DNA from: a virus
Strand: one strand, 5' to 3'
Length of the DNA: 64,000 nucleotides
IMG/VR virus record: IMGVR_UViG_3300020473_000017
The notes under the pieces are model-generated. The model searched no databases. It had not been told where the DNA came from and worked only from the letters and a program-made list of their open reading frames with translations. The position numbers were made by a program, and so were the translations under genes. Shown in pieces: positions 13,001 through 21,680 of this stretch; the stretch's first letter is position 1, and each line of letters begins with the position of its first letter.

Positions 13001-16000
13001 CCATGGAGTATACATGATCCACCCTCTAGTTGCTGCACTAAAGTTACCAGCTCCATCTTTTAGGTTATTTCGCAGAGGTTGAATTCTCAATATGGAAGTT
13101 GTTGGATCCCAATTAATAACTTTACCTCTAGCAGTTTGAGCACCTAGAACTGGTTCTGATATAACAATTTCATCTTTAGCAAACGAACCACTACCTAATA
13201 CTTCAGTTAGAGTTAAATCTACAAAATCTGGTAAAGTTACATATGCTACTGGAGCACCTGCAGGATTATAACCAGATCCCATGTTAGCAATAGTAACACC
13301 AGATACTGAACCAGAAATAGTAGCAACTGCGGTTGCACCAGATCCAGATCTAGTGGATCCAGTCAATTTTGGAAGAGATGAGTAGTTCCTTCCTGAATCA
13401 CCAATAGAAATTTTTCCAATACCGCCTGTTGGGTATATTGAAGTTGTAACATAATTAATGCCACTTGTATACCCACTTTCGGGTTCTTTTCCAACAATAT
13501 AGGTAAAATTAAGATCAGTTACATCTTTTACAATATTTGTGCCAGATAAAGGCTCATTCATTACTGTAAGGTAACTTCCAGCAATAGTTCCTTGAATATC
13601 GAAATAATAGAAGATTCCAGGAAGATCTGTCATCAATATAGTGATAGAAGTCTGTTGACCCGTTTGTGCATTGCTTGTTTCTGCAGATATGTTCTTATAA
13701 GTGAAAATATCGGTATTTGCGGGATCTAACGTAAATGCAAGTGTTTTTCCAACATTACTTGCATCAGAAGTGTCAAATGTGTAAGAATGCCCGTCAATCA
13801 ACTCTAACTTAGGTTCTTGGACATAAACATCAGCAGAAGTGACTGTAGCGGCAGCTGTAGACCCATGATTGCGTTTTACAGTGAATCTACGAAGAGTTTC
13901 CGTTCTAATTACTTCATAATCAGTTTTATCGTATGTAGATGGAGAAACTCCTGAAATATTAACAGTATCGCCTATTGCAACTTGATGAGCAAGACTTGTA
14001 TGACATACTGCCTCTCTTAAAGTCTCAGTTAATGTAATACTAAAACTAGACCCTCCACCGTTACCTAAGTTCTGATCACTAGCAGAAATAGTATCTCCAA
14101 CATTATATGCAGTACCAAACTCTGTAATTGTAACTGTAGTAATTGCACCACCAGAAATGACTATAGTTGCCTTTGCATTCCTACCACTATTATTAGTAGT
14201 CAATGGAACGTCAGTATAAGTTCCATTTTCATATCCAGAACCACCAGTGATAGATGACCATCCACCTTGGACTAAATTACCGTCTGTACGAGTTCTTACG
14301 TAAGTCCAAGACAATGTACCATCAGATGCTGTTCCTGATAAGTGAGTAGGAGCATTTCCTGCACCAGAATCAGATGTACCAGCTGCAGCAGCCTTATAAA
14401 CTCTATTTGCAACATAAACAAGATCATTTTTAGCATATGCAGTACTATTAGTCCAAGGACCAATTAACTTCATACTTACTAGGTCAAAATACTCAAAATG
14501 GTACTTATTATTGATAATTTTAGTATTAAGAGATCTTGTAGATGAATTATCAGCAATAGTGATAGTAAGTTGATCATCACCAACCAAATAATGTTTATCT
14601 GAAGTTGTTAAGGTTGCAGTAACAACATCATCGTCATCTACAGCATAATTGAGAGAAGAAACCGTTGTACCAGTAACTGCAGAGATTGCTGCACTAACAC
14701 CTTCTCCTCCAGAAGTACTATTATCGAATAATAGTCGATCATTGACCTTATAACCAGTACCACCACCTTCTACTAGATATTGATCGATATTAGCAGAAGA
14801 ATATTGGTTAGTAGAACTAACTGTTAACGATTCTGCAATTCCACCACGGATTACTGGATAATAACTAAAATATCCAATACCATCTTCAACATATTGAAGA
14901 ATCTCTCCAGTTTCAAGTGTAATGAGAGTTGTAGTGTCTTCTAGTGCCAAAACAAAGTCAACTTTGTTATCAAGTTGCTTTCTCTTAGTGGTTATGTTAT
15001 CAGTTCCGATATATGGTGCTTTATACCTAATTGAGTCTTCTGTAAAGTTTTTCTGAAGACCATTTCCGTCCCAGTTGACTTCATCCGCTTCTGAGTAGAA
15101 ATTTGGTCCTACAAAATACGGAAATTTCGGATTTCCGCTGATTCCATCAATTGTACAGAAATATGCATAAACTCCATCTGGAAATTCTGGAGTTACGCAG
15201 AATCTACCGTTATATTGGTCTAAACCACCTAATCCCTCTACATATTCATAATCTTCAATAAAGGTGCCCATAGGGTCAGCAAGACCACTTAGAAGAGCAT
15301 CCCTACTTGTCTTCAATCGGTAGCTTGTACCAGGTTGACTATATGCATTGTATGGATTCTGGTTTTCGGGATCCTCATACCCATAAGGTCCATATATGGG
15401 GTGTCCATCATAAGCCCATCCAATAATAGGTGAGTGTTTAGTTGGATTTAACTCTTTCCATGGTGGATTATTAGGATCTGTGTCAGGTTCAATATTATCA
15501 GCTAAGTAATATCTAAGATTCTTAGGATTGTACAAATATCCATACTCTCCACCATATATTCCACTATTCTCACCTTCCATTACTGCACCACTAGATTGGT
15601 CAGTCACTTTCCTTGCATTGAAGGATACTTGACCAACTTCTGTTGCAGTTGCTGATTCGTTAAAGGTTAATTCTGTTAATTTGGTTGTAAATGACGCACC
15701 AGTTCCTGGATATACAATACTGATGTTTGTATTACCTACAGTATATCCAATTCCTTTGTTAGTTACTACAATACCAGTAACAATGTTCTGTGATAGGTCT
15801 ACTTGAGCAAATGCAGTAGCACCAACTCCATCTCCAGTAATAACAACGTCTGGAGCACCAAAATACCCACTACCACCAAAAGTTACGATAGCACTTTCTA
15901 TCTTTCCATTCAAAATTGATGGATAGGCAACAGCACCACTACCAGAGATTAATTTGATGACTGGTTCGTAAGTATACTGTGATCCAGCAGCAGTAATAGT

Positions 16001-18487
16001 AATATCCTTAAGAGGTCCACGTACAACAGCAGTTGCAGTTGCTCCTGCACCATTACCACCAGTAATTATAATTGTTGGTAATCCAGCAGCCTGTGTATAT
16101 CCACTTCCAGAGTTGGTGACTGTGATTCCAGTAACCTTACCCTCAGTTATCTGTGCAACAGCAGTTGCCTGTGTACTACTGGATGCACCACCTCCACTAA
16201 TAGAGACACTTGGTTCACTTGTGTACCCGCCACCCCCATTTGTAACGTTAATAGAAATAACTCTACCGTCTACCTCTGCAGTTGCAGATGCAGCAAGACC
16301 TAAGTAAGTCCATTCAATAGTTCCTAGAGTTACATTACCAGATGTATGTGTTGGATACAATGTATTGCTACTTTGCCCTACATTCTTAGATTGATATCTC
16401 TTTCCACCCCATTTAACAACTATTCCACTAGCATAGTTGGTTGCAAGCTTATAATCTGGTTCAAATTCAACTGTAGGTGGGTTTTGAATATCATATCCAT
16501 CTCCACCTGAATTTTTAGTGATTGATTTTAATCCACCATACTTTCTAGTAGTACTTCCCTTATATGAGAATAAAGGAACGCCATTAGCACCAATTCCAAC
16601 TTGACCTATAGGAGTTGGAGTCTTTGTACTCTTAGTAGATGTCTGTAATGGTATTCTCTTAAGATATCTCTGGTTTCCTGGATCTATATCAGCTGCTGCG
16701 AAAGGTCCAATCTTATGTGATGGTATACCTGTACTAGCTACAATACAATCTGTTGATGACTTGTAGGTATTACTGGTATCTGCAATAAACTTGGAAACTA
16801 TAGCATTATAGGAATAGTCAGATGATCCATATGCAAATTCTCTAGCAATAAAGAATTCCTTACCTGCTAATATCGGAGCAGCAGGAGTTGACGAGAGAAC
16901 AAATTCAAAAATGTAATTATCAACAATACCAATCACATCATGTTGGTTGTTGTAGATATCTTCCTCAGCATTAAGGATTCTAACCTTATCATCTCTTCTT
17001 AATTGATGCTTTTCCTTTGTTGTAACAGTTACCCTAACAGCACCATTAGGATCGGGTGTTCCTAGGGTTGCTGTAACCCCTCTAAGTGCTCTTCTGACGT
17101 TATATACAAAAGAACTCCATATTGGGTCAAGACTATCGAAACCAGGTGCTAGAGGGGTCGTAACCTTACTTTGTGGAAGGTAATACTTACCACCTTTTGA
17201 TATATTAACACCTCTGGTTCCACCATAGACCTTTAATTGGATTTCAGACCCATCTACGTTGCTTTTACCGTAAATCTTGTATGCAGCAAAAACTTCTTGC
17301 CCTGCATCATGTGCTACATTGAGTGTACTCTCTCTAGCACGATTACAACCTAAAAATTGGTTAACCGTTTTGTCAGTATAGCTAATAATTTCATCTTCAA
17401 TTCTAAATCGACCATTTTTCTCTGGCCAACCTAATGTAGAATCAACAGTAATGATATCATCACTTAAACTACCAGTTAAATCCGCAGCAAGAATTGATTT
17501 GTAAGGAGTTACAAAAGTTCCAAGTGCATTATTGGTATCTACGTCAACTTCAAAGATTGAACCAGTCTGAGTGAATACTTCAACAACACCTTTAACGTAT
17601 ATACGTGCTGCATTGATACTTGGATCATTTGCATCAGCTTCTTGGTATAAAACTTCCCCAACAAGTTCAGTTGGATCTCCTGTTATAGCAACACAGCGAA
17701 TTACTTCCCTAGAAGTGTAATATGCGTCCGATGGTTTGAAAATTCGGTCTCTTGGATAAGAAATTTCTGATTCTACGCCAAAAATCGTTCTCAAAACAAA
17801 TTGGAACGATCTTGTAGACCCTTTAGAAGCATAAAAGTCCTTAATTCGCTTAATTACGGTACTTTCAGTAAGTCCAGAGTAAAAATTCTTCGGATAAGTG
17901 GATAAAAGCAGTTCTTTGAACTGTCCCAACATGAAAAGTGGGAACAGGTTGTTCAAATTAACAACTTTTGACCCAAGAACGTGTTCTGTGGGAGTTGTTG
18001 ATGAGAAAATGAAGTCTCCTGCCTCTCCAATTGCTTTTACAGCATCAAAACCCCTTGAACAGGTATTAAAAAGGGTTGCACCCTTACTTTGGTAGTAAAT
18101 TATCTCATCATCTATTAAAATTAGTCCCTCACTGGGAAAATCACGAGTTGAAGTAACGTCAACAGTAGTAGAAGAGGTAGTTACCGTCGAAATTGTTGTT
18201 GTTTCAGTAACTAGGTTACCATAATTGTCAAGATTATAATAATCAGCCCAATTATTGATTATATCTAAGCAATATCCCTTTAATTCTTGTGATTGATAGT
18301 ATGCTTTAACGAACTCTATGAATGTAGGAAAGCTATCCTGTATAAAACTGGCAAATTGGCCAGTAATACTATCAGATATCTGCGATCTAGATTCAGGACT
18401 TACTTCCGATGGAACTGGTGTTGTCGTGACCGTCGTAGTCGGAGTAGTCCACGACCCTACTTTCCAGGATGAATTCGATTGAGCCAT
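4079..18487 (-). CDS. gp7: Giant baseplate wedge initiator gp7 (4802 aa) with YHYH-like, CBM-like and nested beta-repeat insertions
   Basis: PTFIEFVKAYY, IKRIKDFYASKGS, DSNRFQEFSYEI...HPAGFK motifs; lies between gp6 and gp8. Confidence 0.88.
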   Translation of the reverse strand: MAQSNSSWKVGSWTTPTTTVTTTPVPSEVSPESRSQISDSITGQFASFIQDSFPTFIEFVKAYYQSQELKGYCLDIINNWADYYNLDNYGNLVTETTTISTVTTSSTTVDVTSTRDFPSEGLILIDDEIIYYQSKGATLFNTCSRGFDAVKAIGEAGDFIFSSTTPTEHVLGSKVVNLNNLFPLFMLGQFKELLLSTYPKNFYSGLTESTVIKRIKDFYASKGSTRSFQFVLRTIFGVESEISYPRDRIFKPSDAYYTSREVIRCVAITGDPTELVGEVLYQEADANDPSINAARIYVKGVVEVFTQTGSIFEVDVDTNNALGTFVTPYKSILAADLTGSLSDDIITVDSTLGWPEKNGRFRIEDEIISYTDKTVNQFLGCNRARESTLNVAHDAGQEVFAAYKIYGKSNVDGSEIQLKVYGGTRGVNISKGGKYYLPQSKVTTPLAPGFDSLDPIWSSFVYNVRRALRGVTATLGTPDPNGAVRVTVTTKEKHQLRRDDKVRILNAEEDIYNNQHDVIGIVDNYIFEFVLSSTPAAPILAGKEFFIAREFAYGSSDYSYNAIVSKFIADTSNTYKSSTDCIVASTGIPSHKIGPFAAADIDPGNQRYLKRIPLQTSTKSTKTPTPIGQVGIGANGVPLFSYKGSTTRKYGGLKSITKNSGGDGYDIQNPPTVEFEPDYKLATNYASGIVVKWGGKRYQSKNVGQSSNTLYPTHTSGNVTLGTIEWTYLGLAASATAEVDGRVISINVTNGGGGYTSEPSVSISGGGASSSTQATAVAQITEGKVTGITVTNSGSGYTQAAGLPTIIITGGNGAGATATAVVRGPLKDITITAAGSQYTYEPVIKLISGSGAVAYPSILNGKIESAIVTFGGSGYFGAPDVVITGDGVGATAFAQVDLSQNIVTGIVVTNKGIGYTVGNTNISIVYPGTGASFTTKLTELTFNESATATEVGQVSFNARKVTDQSSGAVMEGENSGIYGGEYGYLYNPKNLRYYLADNIEPDTDPNNPPWKELNPTKHSPIIGWAYDGHPIYGPYGYEDPENQNPYNAYSQPGTSYRLKTSRDALLSGLADPMGTFIEDYEYVEGLGGLDQYNGRFCVTPEFPDGVYAYFCTIDGISGNPKFPYFVGPNFYSEADEVNWDGNGLQKNFTEDSIRYKAPYIGTDNITTKRKQLDNKVDFVLALEDTTTLITLETGEILQYVEDGIGYFSYYPVIRGGIAESLTVSSTNQYSSANIDQYLVEGGGTGYKVNDRLLFDNSTSGGEGVSAAISAVTGTTVSSLNYAVDDDDVVTATLTTSDKHYLVGDDQLTITIADNSSTRSLNTKIINNKYHFEYFDLVSMKLIGPWTNSTAYAKNDLVYVANRVYKAAAAGTSDSGAGNAPTHLSGTASDGTLSWTYVRTRTDGNLVQGGWSSITGGSGYENGTYTDVPLTTNNSGRNAKATIVISGGAITTVTITEFGTAYNVGDTISASDQNLGNGGGSSFSITLTETLREAVCHTSLAHQVAIGDTVNISGVSPSTYDKTDYEVIRTETLRRFTVKRNHGSTAAATVTSADVYVQEPKLELIDGHSYTFDTSDASNVGKTLAFTLDPANTDIFTYKNISAETSNAQTGQQTSITILMTDLPGIFYYFDIQGTIAGSYLTVMNEPLSGTNIVKDVTDLNFTYIVGKEPESGYTSGINYVTTSIYPTGGIGKISIGDSGRNYSSLPKLTGSTRSGSGATAVATISGSVSGVTIANMGSGYNPAGAPVAYVTLPDFVDLTLTEVLGSGSFAKDEIVISEPVLGAQTARGKVINWDPTTSILRIQPLRNNLKDGAGNFSAATRGWIMYTPWASNNARGKVYSSDAEAKVTTVGGIHANVQAVIPSSGPNVGKLESVSIIAAGSNYRAAPTIDLDDPTYGLVNTVSITTQSSTNYTTGTYTGVAQKSVAPTGGTNVEFTVIVNGAGTIESITVTDGGSTYALGDVITISGASMGGTDVTHDATVTVDKLTHLDPAITNCVLNASIDAITVTNTGSGYLSAPNVDVSGGSGINAKFNSSIVNEGVSSINIEDGGTLYQNAPVVNITQKTGKGASLLLKSSDLGKILKIGGDNITFNYSHDRTLKPELNTTYNLQLTRTQVIDYLDVTNGGQNFVSQPTIVLTGGSGSLYQLEAIVENEVIQSVEVRNGGRGFLSAPVVNARVTHNWVALMSNSTLNFPYNTKMPTGTAVTLNEVVGTFPAPLAINTTYYVVAANGSNGLANNQVKLATSEANAIANTPTTITFTSAPVGDANGLTTFTLDTTDLGDVITAYMRPATFLVGERVYQGASTASYTAFGYVKNWDPAGRVVSVEISEGEFKVGEPIFGEESSSFGSIHAFDRADAVFEVSPISISSSQWERTTGFLDINEQRLYDSNRFQEFSYEISSPINIRDWKNPLKFAAHPAGFKVVGTQILSQASKKSYRGKPTLDLLTTSSTDWWVPGSNSISATFNGLTYVTPKPSAKNTGKLATINNFALGKPDYTAAVPTEVQIFGRQLLDIQKILTCVSYKVDDITSRDISFDGASSSVVDLSNNRITLTNHGLVENQTVTFRGDIGGLTTGTVYYVDVIDANTISLKSSLGGSTVVLSSLSVGTHTFVSCNTDGIVANNGSFFNPTNVVYTPADGNLVIHSAGHGLNTNNKISIADDALTLTCLMDNNATNHTYPRSTDPIGHGGKILDITATTNDTFTVNVGSTAAINKFTVGIDGVNTQFTTRVDNTLITTKISKTSVKSQFLVIIDGIVQNPNNYTFASDVITFSTAPKVGSSALVMYYDRASYTSSFQLDQIGDELKTLDTGMSGSAAHTYVGGTATNAVTVVSDSNTQKNVTNATYTPATGLLELTIGSHSYTTSDTIQIADSSLKFTCAADNHASTHAYPRPSDEAFGATLAITAETATTITVQVNTNLSPVRDTSDGLTAGTGYADGTYANIPLFNKIGTGVGATGDIVVVDGGVKNVVLNNPGNGYTDNDILGISPIGKPLTNSYVPSTASYTPSTGVLELTVGEHTLTAPTTTTVTDADYNPTTGIMTVTVVAHGLKAGDQVKFADGSLKLSCAFGGASGTAAQKDYPRNTDYASDRWLEVSNITTNTFDVTVLDTIPSTNTDAHSFVSAVASGLSIATSTVKFSNNSLNFTCTQGGGVHSYPRSSDPISGKNVPVDAISSTTFTVNALNGTAATNTTTHTFDSLATYQYQPSYCDYDATTGIMEVWATAHGLSNGDFVQFAADGLTFKCSRDGYATNHTYPRSTDPAAGNWLNVFEVSTNNFKVNIGQAVEKAMTPTSATFNASTGALSMSVENHGLTAATSHTATGASFNTTTGIVTIEVNNHGFKAGDKVKLKDGAITFSCTHGSGGQTAYPRSTDPISGKWITIRAVNPDTFDIQCLDDTPCTNTTTHTFVSGLADGILYATSFVSIDDDALTFTCSMDDDFSRHSYPAAGDRSSKAVIGVESVTSDTFTVDVGASPEVAFTPTAATYTATTGDLQLTIGSHSLEVGNSINIDVNSLMFRCDMENDGTLASGNLTSLGATLHNYPRVTDPAAKTNQYITATTGTTITVNVGTSPIVNYQPTGAALNLANGDLDLTVGGHKFRGYDTFTPTDIAYDPATGVATLTIKGHTINKGDYVQIAKESLTFTCTAGAGNHSYPRVTDPAYRSWLQVLAVTNDTIQLNFYVATGATGQAHTFVSASDNCVQRKGDTIKLADGGIVMSCDNGGVSNQSYPRTDTISYTPTDADYDPATGIMTVTHGGGAAAFVNGDQVKFDDSAIVFTCTQGGGTHAYPRATDPASGRWLTIWDADDTTFKVQVLDSIPSTNVTVHTFDSAVSNGLKKKKDWAYDRPIPIKSVGYTSHAVTAAVYVPSTGVLTSTVAGHGFSNGDYIKVNQGALKFTCNKDSNATVKSYPTLEDPNYDEWMLVSNVTTDTFDINVGVAGPNGQHAHTFVPEGKLTPTVAAYDPLTGVFTITINNHGFIAGDEIKIDDDTFRFTCNEDFHTSFHNYPRSTDPISGQWVKIYNVTTNTFDIQVLNSVPSTNTTAHTFISAVSNSITRATVKKQTGVITINTNNRDSAITHQYAHSFVSAGATAVIAGGNYTHTFIQATTNAIKSGGDHTHTFVNATPGSVKTGFAHQFVSASANSVTRSLVQSGGYEYDKLADAGRLIRENLDFIATTAYGRMMATNSTFVVPSFVKCIRDTKLITEAVANNIEFGGNDATYDAAKYYVGTVHLQGEEDQTVLVFNHARDIAREVMRNISVTTNHYTEGAQYKDLTITNDSGNATYDTNDCTDVASAITTLTAIVTQAVGTTSGGAGNLTGITRTSSSNPEFQVEVGTVAFDGTDKIFSAKVAGSNYALPASDNFLIFLNSILQIKGSTEAYTYTGSTISFTEAPTSGMDFYGFYFGKLQLLDTIAPFFDNARKTFVMTLNSEPFSLQSDNSSVEPANNVMIFLNGVFQEPGVAYQLNGSIIEFFEAPRAGSTCSLYIYVGSAEDIFISNTFNSLDPNDRVMVKSEGEDRLLATVSSATSVDTYEYTGLRPTVANFECTINNGKVDTVSILDGGSNYEVPPILYFQGGSGTGASAETVVQSGSGTVTSIVNLNGGAGYLTPPTVFAVHPVHIERKSRDRIISNTLALANTYLASSISAVDTTLTCKNIYFDVSQNIGFPDEGEVLIPYYNPATDSSGNVIGWTCERILYGSKNTSANTLTVATGGRGYGGTTAFAISIQTGTYSSSGTVSTITTSAAHNLTTGMSIYLDHTSGDGFDGAYKVTVTAVDTFTVEYPFSRTTSGNVSLLPEVRLRSL
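6041..10665 (-). repeat. 13 copies of a ~100-aa module (YxPxTG...HG...FTC...YPRxxDP...HTFVS) inside gp7
   Basis: 13 YP(R) cores counted in the translation; 11 of them are nested. Confidence 0.88.
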
Positions 18488-18495
18488 GCGTTTTA

Positions 18496-20379
18496 TTAAT
18501 TATAGCTGGACTCTGGTACAACTCCCGTACCAGATAGGTTTGAACCGCTACTGATGGTGTCTTCCACAACACTTACAGTCGTATTATCTATACCTAATGT
18601 CAAATAGGTTTCACGCAAAGAAACAAGATCATTGGATTCTGGAACTGCTGAAAGTTGAAGAATGTTACCTGATGTTATTGTGGTTGAAATTATTATGTCA
18701 TTAATGACAATTTCACCCATATCATAGTCAACAGTACCTACGTCAGCAGTACTGTATTCAAATGCACCAGTGTCTTTAATATAATAAAGTCTCAATTTAC
18801 CTAAACCATCATCATTGATGAAGTAAGTATTGATTGTATCACCAGCAATTTTAAATCCTGAAGAAGAAACCGTAGGTTCTGTCGAGGTTCCTTGGTTAAT
18901 TCTGTTACCATAACAGATTTTATAGTTCACACGAGCGTTTAAATCAACTGTTACGTTCTTTCTCATCTTGAGACGAGTGATATTCGATGTAATTGATCCA
19001 TCTGCACCATCAATTATACTCTGAAGTTTAGAGTATTTGAACTTTCCACCGAATTTATTGAATTCAGATCCTGTATTAAGCGCAGTTAGTGTTGCAATAA
19101 CTGCATTTTGCACTTCATCTCTCAATTTACGTGTAATATTTGGATTATAGTACACAAAACTGTTCATATCGATGTATAAAATCGATGGATCAATGATTGA
19201 AGGTTGAATTGCTGCTACAGAATACTCTCTAAGCTTCTTCAAAATAACATTTTTCTCGGAAAGAGATAATTTATCCGCATTTTTTGGTTTGATTGCCAAA
19301 AATACCTTTCCATATTCAGGTGGAGACGCTTCTTCACCACCATAACACGCAATTGAAGCAACGTTAGGATAAATTTGAGGAACAATTGCCTCATAATCCT
19401 GCGTTGAAACTGCTCTACCGAATGCAGAGTAGAATTTAGGCGCAGAAAACTTAATTCCTTCCTTAGATTCTGCTGGAGCACCGCCTTCTGGACGTTTATC
19501 CAGTGTAATAGTGATTCCAGAGGTCAAAGAATTCGCTTCATCATCTAAAAATGTACCAATATTAGTGAAAGTAAGCAATCCATTAGCTCCCATTCCACTA
19601 GAAGTGGTATAAGTGACGCTAATTACATCACCATTGAGCAAATCTTTACCAATTGTACCGTCTCCGAACATAATTTCGGGTCTTTGATACTCAGATTCCT
19701 CTAAAAAGAAGACTTTTGATGTAGAATCTATCTTAGTAATGTCTGTTGCTTGTAAATAACGCTCTGTAATAGTACCAGAACTGACCTGAACCTTCATTGA
19801 GGAAGTATCTGCGTTCTGATTCGTTAGAATAAAACGTTGTCTTTCATTAACATTGCGTACAAATGTGTCTGTTAGGTAAACACCTTCATAAACTATAAGA
19901 TTTGAGAAGGTTGCAATACCTGTTGTACTATCCACAGACACGATAACATCAGATGGAACAGAGAAGACGAAGTTATTATTGTCTAAACCTGTGAAATTTA
20001 ATACTAATCCTTGTGAAAGTGTAACCGTTTTTGGATATCCTTTTGTAATTACACCCTGTGCATTGGTTGTAACATTGGTTTGAACCTGAATTGTAACCGT
20101 TGCTTGTGAAGAACGAGCTGATTTTGGTGTATAACCAATCATCCTTGCCAATTTTACGACATTTTCACGTAAAACTGCGGTCTCTAGGAACCCTTCATTA
20201 ACTGCAAGGTTGGCATTTACACTTGTATAGTAAGTATTATATGCTAAAGTATCAATTAAGACAGTCAATGATGACCCTTCAAAGTCATAATCACTAAACT
20301 CTGACTGTGCCTTTAGATAATCTTTAATTTGTGCCTTGATTTCGTTGAACTCAAGAGCATTGACTTGTTTAAATGCCAT
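18496..20379 (-). CDS. gp6: Baseplate wedge subunit gp6
   Basis: FSDYDFEGSSL...LAYNTYY, RAVSTQDY, PPEYGKVFLAIKP. Confidence 0.95.
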   Translation of the reverse strand: MAFKQVNALEFNEIKAQIKDYLKAQSEFSDYDFEGSSLTVLIDTLAYNTYYTSVNANLAVNEGFLETAVLRENVVKLARMIGYTPKSARSSQATVTIQVQTNVTTNAQGVITKGYPKTVTLSQGLVLNFTGLDNNNFVFSVPSDVIVSVDSTTGIATFSNLIVYEGVYLTDTFVRNVNERQRFILTNQNADTSSMKVQVSSGTITERYLQATDITKIDSTSKVFFLEESEYQRPEIMFGDGTIGKDLLNGDVISVTYTTSSGMGANGLLTFTNIGTFLDDEANSLTSGITITLDKRPEGGAPAESKEGIKFSAPKFYSAFGRAVSTQDYEAIVPQIYPNVASIACYGGEEASPPEYGKVFLAIKPKNADKLSLSEKNVILKKLREYSVAAIQPSIIDPSILYIDMNSFVYYNPNITRKLRDEVQNAVIATLTALNTGSEFNKFGGKFKYSKLQSIIDGADGSITSNITRLKMRKNVTVDLNARVNYKICYGNRINQGTSTEPTVSSSGFKIAGDTINTYFINDDGLGKLRLYYIKDTGAFEYSTADVGTVDYDMGEIVINDIIISTTITSGNILQLSAVPESNDLVSLRETYLTLGIDNTTVSVVEDTISSGSNLSGTGVVPESSYN

Positions 20380-20768
20380 TATGGTTTCAATGCTATATCG
20401 ACTGAATCTTGTAAAGGTGGAATTCCCAATATCACATAATTAATAGACACATCCAATTGGTTACGATTCTCTTCCCATTGGGTATCAATATCTATAACTG
20501 CAACCCTTGGCTCATGTAAGTTGATAATTTCTTCAAGATTATCAGTTATTTCATTCTCAAGATCAGGACTAGCATTTTCAAATAACAGTCCTATAATGTT
20601 ACCACCAAAGAAAGGATCAAATGGTTTCTCATAAAAGTTATATAATACTATATTTCTCACACTAGCCTTAATAGCTGATTCATTAGTCAGTGCCAAAACA
20701 TCGTTTGTCACTGCGTTCTTTTCAAAAGTCAAGCTGAAGTCGCGGAAGGACTTCGATATAATAGCCAT
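20379..20768 (-). CDS. gp25: Baseplate wedge subunit gp25
   Basis: SVRNIVL...EKPFDPFFG, HEPRV; adjacent to gp6. Confidence 0.93.
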   Translation of the reverse strand: MAIISKSFRDFSLTFEKNAVTNDVLALTNESAIKASVRNIVLYNFYEKPFDPFFGGNIIGLLFENASPDLENEITDNLEEIINLHEPRVAVIDIDTQWEENRNQLDVSINYVILGIPPLQDSVDIALKP

Positions 20769-20792
20769 CCTTTACGGAATTAACCTTCTTTA

Positions 20793-20800
20793 TATTTATA
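20793..20800 (-). promoter_or_regulatory. T4-type late promoter TATAAATA
   Basis: TATTTATA on +, upstream of gp25. Confidence 0.75.
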
Positions 20801-20808
20801 CCCGTTAT

Positions 20809-21102
20809 TCAGACTTGATAGAAAGTATACTTTAAGAAGAGCTCCTGACCCTTTTTAATTGGTTTAATAGTCGTCATATGATATATCTTACCCCATCCCT
20901 GATCTTCATACCCTTTAACGCAGTTAGGGTCATCATTATGATTCACAAAACCTCCTAAAGGGGTTCTCATAATTTGTTCATCTACCACAACATGTGATAT
21001 ACCAAGATAGATGTTATCTGGTATATCCTCTTTAGCAAAGATGCCTTGTCCTGCGACAGGGCTATCTTTGATGTGTAGGCACTTAGGCAATGCTTGATAC
21101 AT
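20809..21102 (-). CDS. Minimal SET-domain protein (putative lysine methyltransferase)
   Basis: SPVAGQGIFAKEDI, GGFVNHNDDPNC, IKKGQELFLKY; start taken at MYQALPK. Confidence 0.82.
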   Translation of the reverse strand: MYQALPKCLHIKDSPVAGQGIFAKEDIPDNIYLGISHVVVDEQIMRTPLGGFVNHNDDPNCVKGYEDQGWGKIYHMTTIKPIKKGQELFLKYTFYQV

Positions 21103-21680
21103 TATAATGAAAATCCTGCTTCTATGTCTAACCATCCAGTAATGATGGTCTTTTCTAATTTCTCGTCAATAACTCCTCTATGAGTATGTGTCCATTCGGC
21201 TGGCCATATCACAGTAGCACCCTTCTTGGCAGGGATATACTTATCCTGATACTTCCATTCAGTTCCACCGTCAGGATTATCAGAAAGGTACGTCATCCAT
21301 ACTAGAAATCGTTCTCTATTTATTCTCTGCATACCTCTTTCATAATGCCATGTTCTATAACCCTGATTGGGTTTATATCTCTGTATGTTAAACATTGGAG
21401 ATACATGACAATCAAGTTCACCTGCTTGTGGATATGTACGATAATAATCTTTTAGACAATCCATCAAACTCAGCATATACGTGTCAAGAACTTTTTCATT
21501 CTTAGCAAGCATGGTATGACAGTGCATATCTGTAGATGTTTTACCTGTTGCCTGAAGGTGTCTCTGAGAATATAATCCGTTATATTCTATTTTTGGTAAG
21601 TAGGTACATGTTTCATAGAACTCTACTATTTTATCACATATACCTACATCTATCTCACCTTCCCAGATGAAATTATGCAT
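21102..21680 (-). CDS. 2OG-Fe(II) oxygenase (prolyl-4-hydroxylase-like)
   Basis: WHYE, YLSD..GGTE, WPAEWTHTHRG, KTIITGW. Confidence 0.88.
   Translation of the reverse strand: MHNFIWEGEIDVGICDKIVEFYETCTYLPKIEYNGLYSQRHLQATGKTSTDMHCHTMLAKNEKVLDTYMLSLMDCLKDYYRTYPQAGELDCHVSPMFNIQRYKPNQGYRTWHYERGMQRINRERFLVWMTYLSDNPDGGTEWKYQDKYIPAKKGATVIWPAEWTHTHRGVIDEKLEKTIITGWLDIEAGFSL

Noticed and set aside
6041-19481. Small ORFs inside gp7 and gp6 (e.g. 9474..9824, 16113..16307, 19239..19481)
   Set aside because: Antisense or alternate-frame artefacts of codon bias; no recognisable motifs
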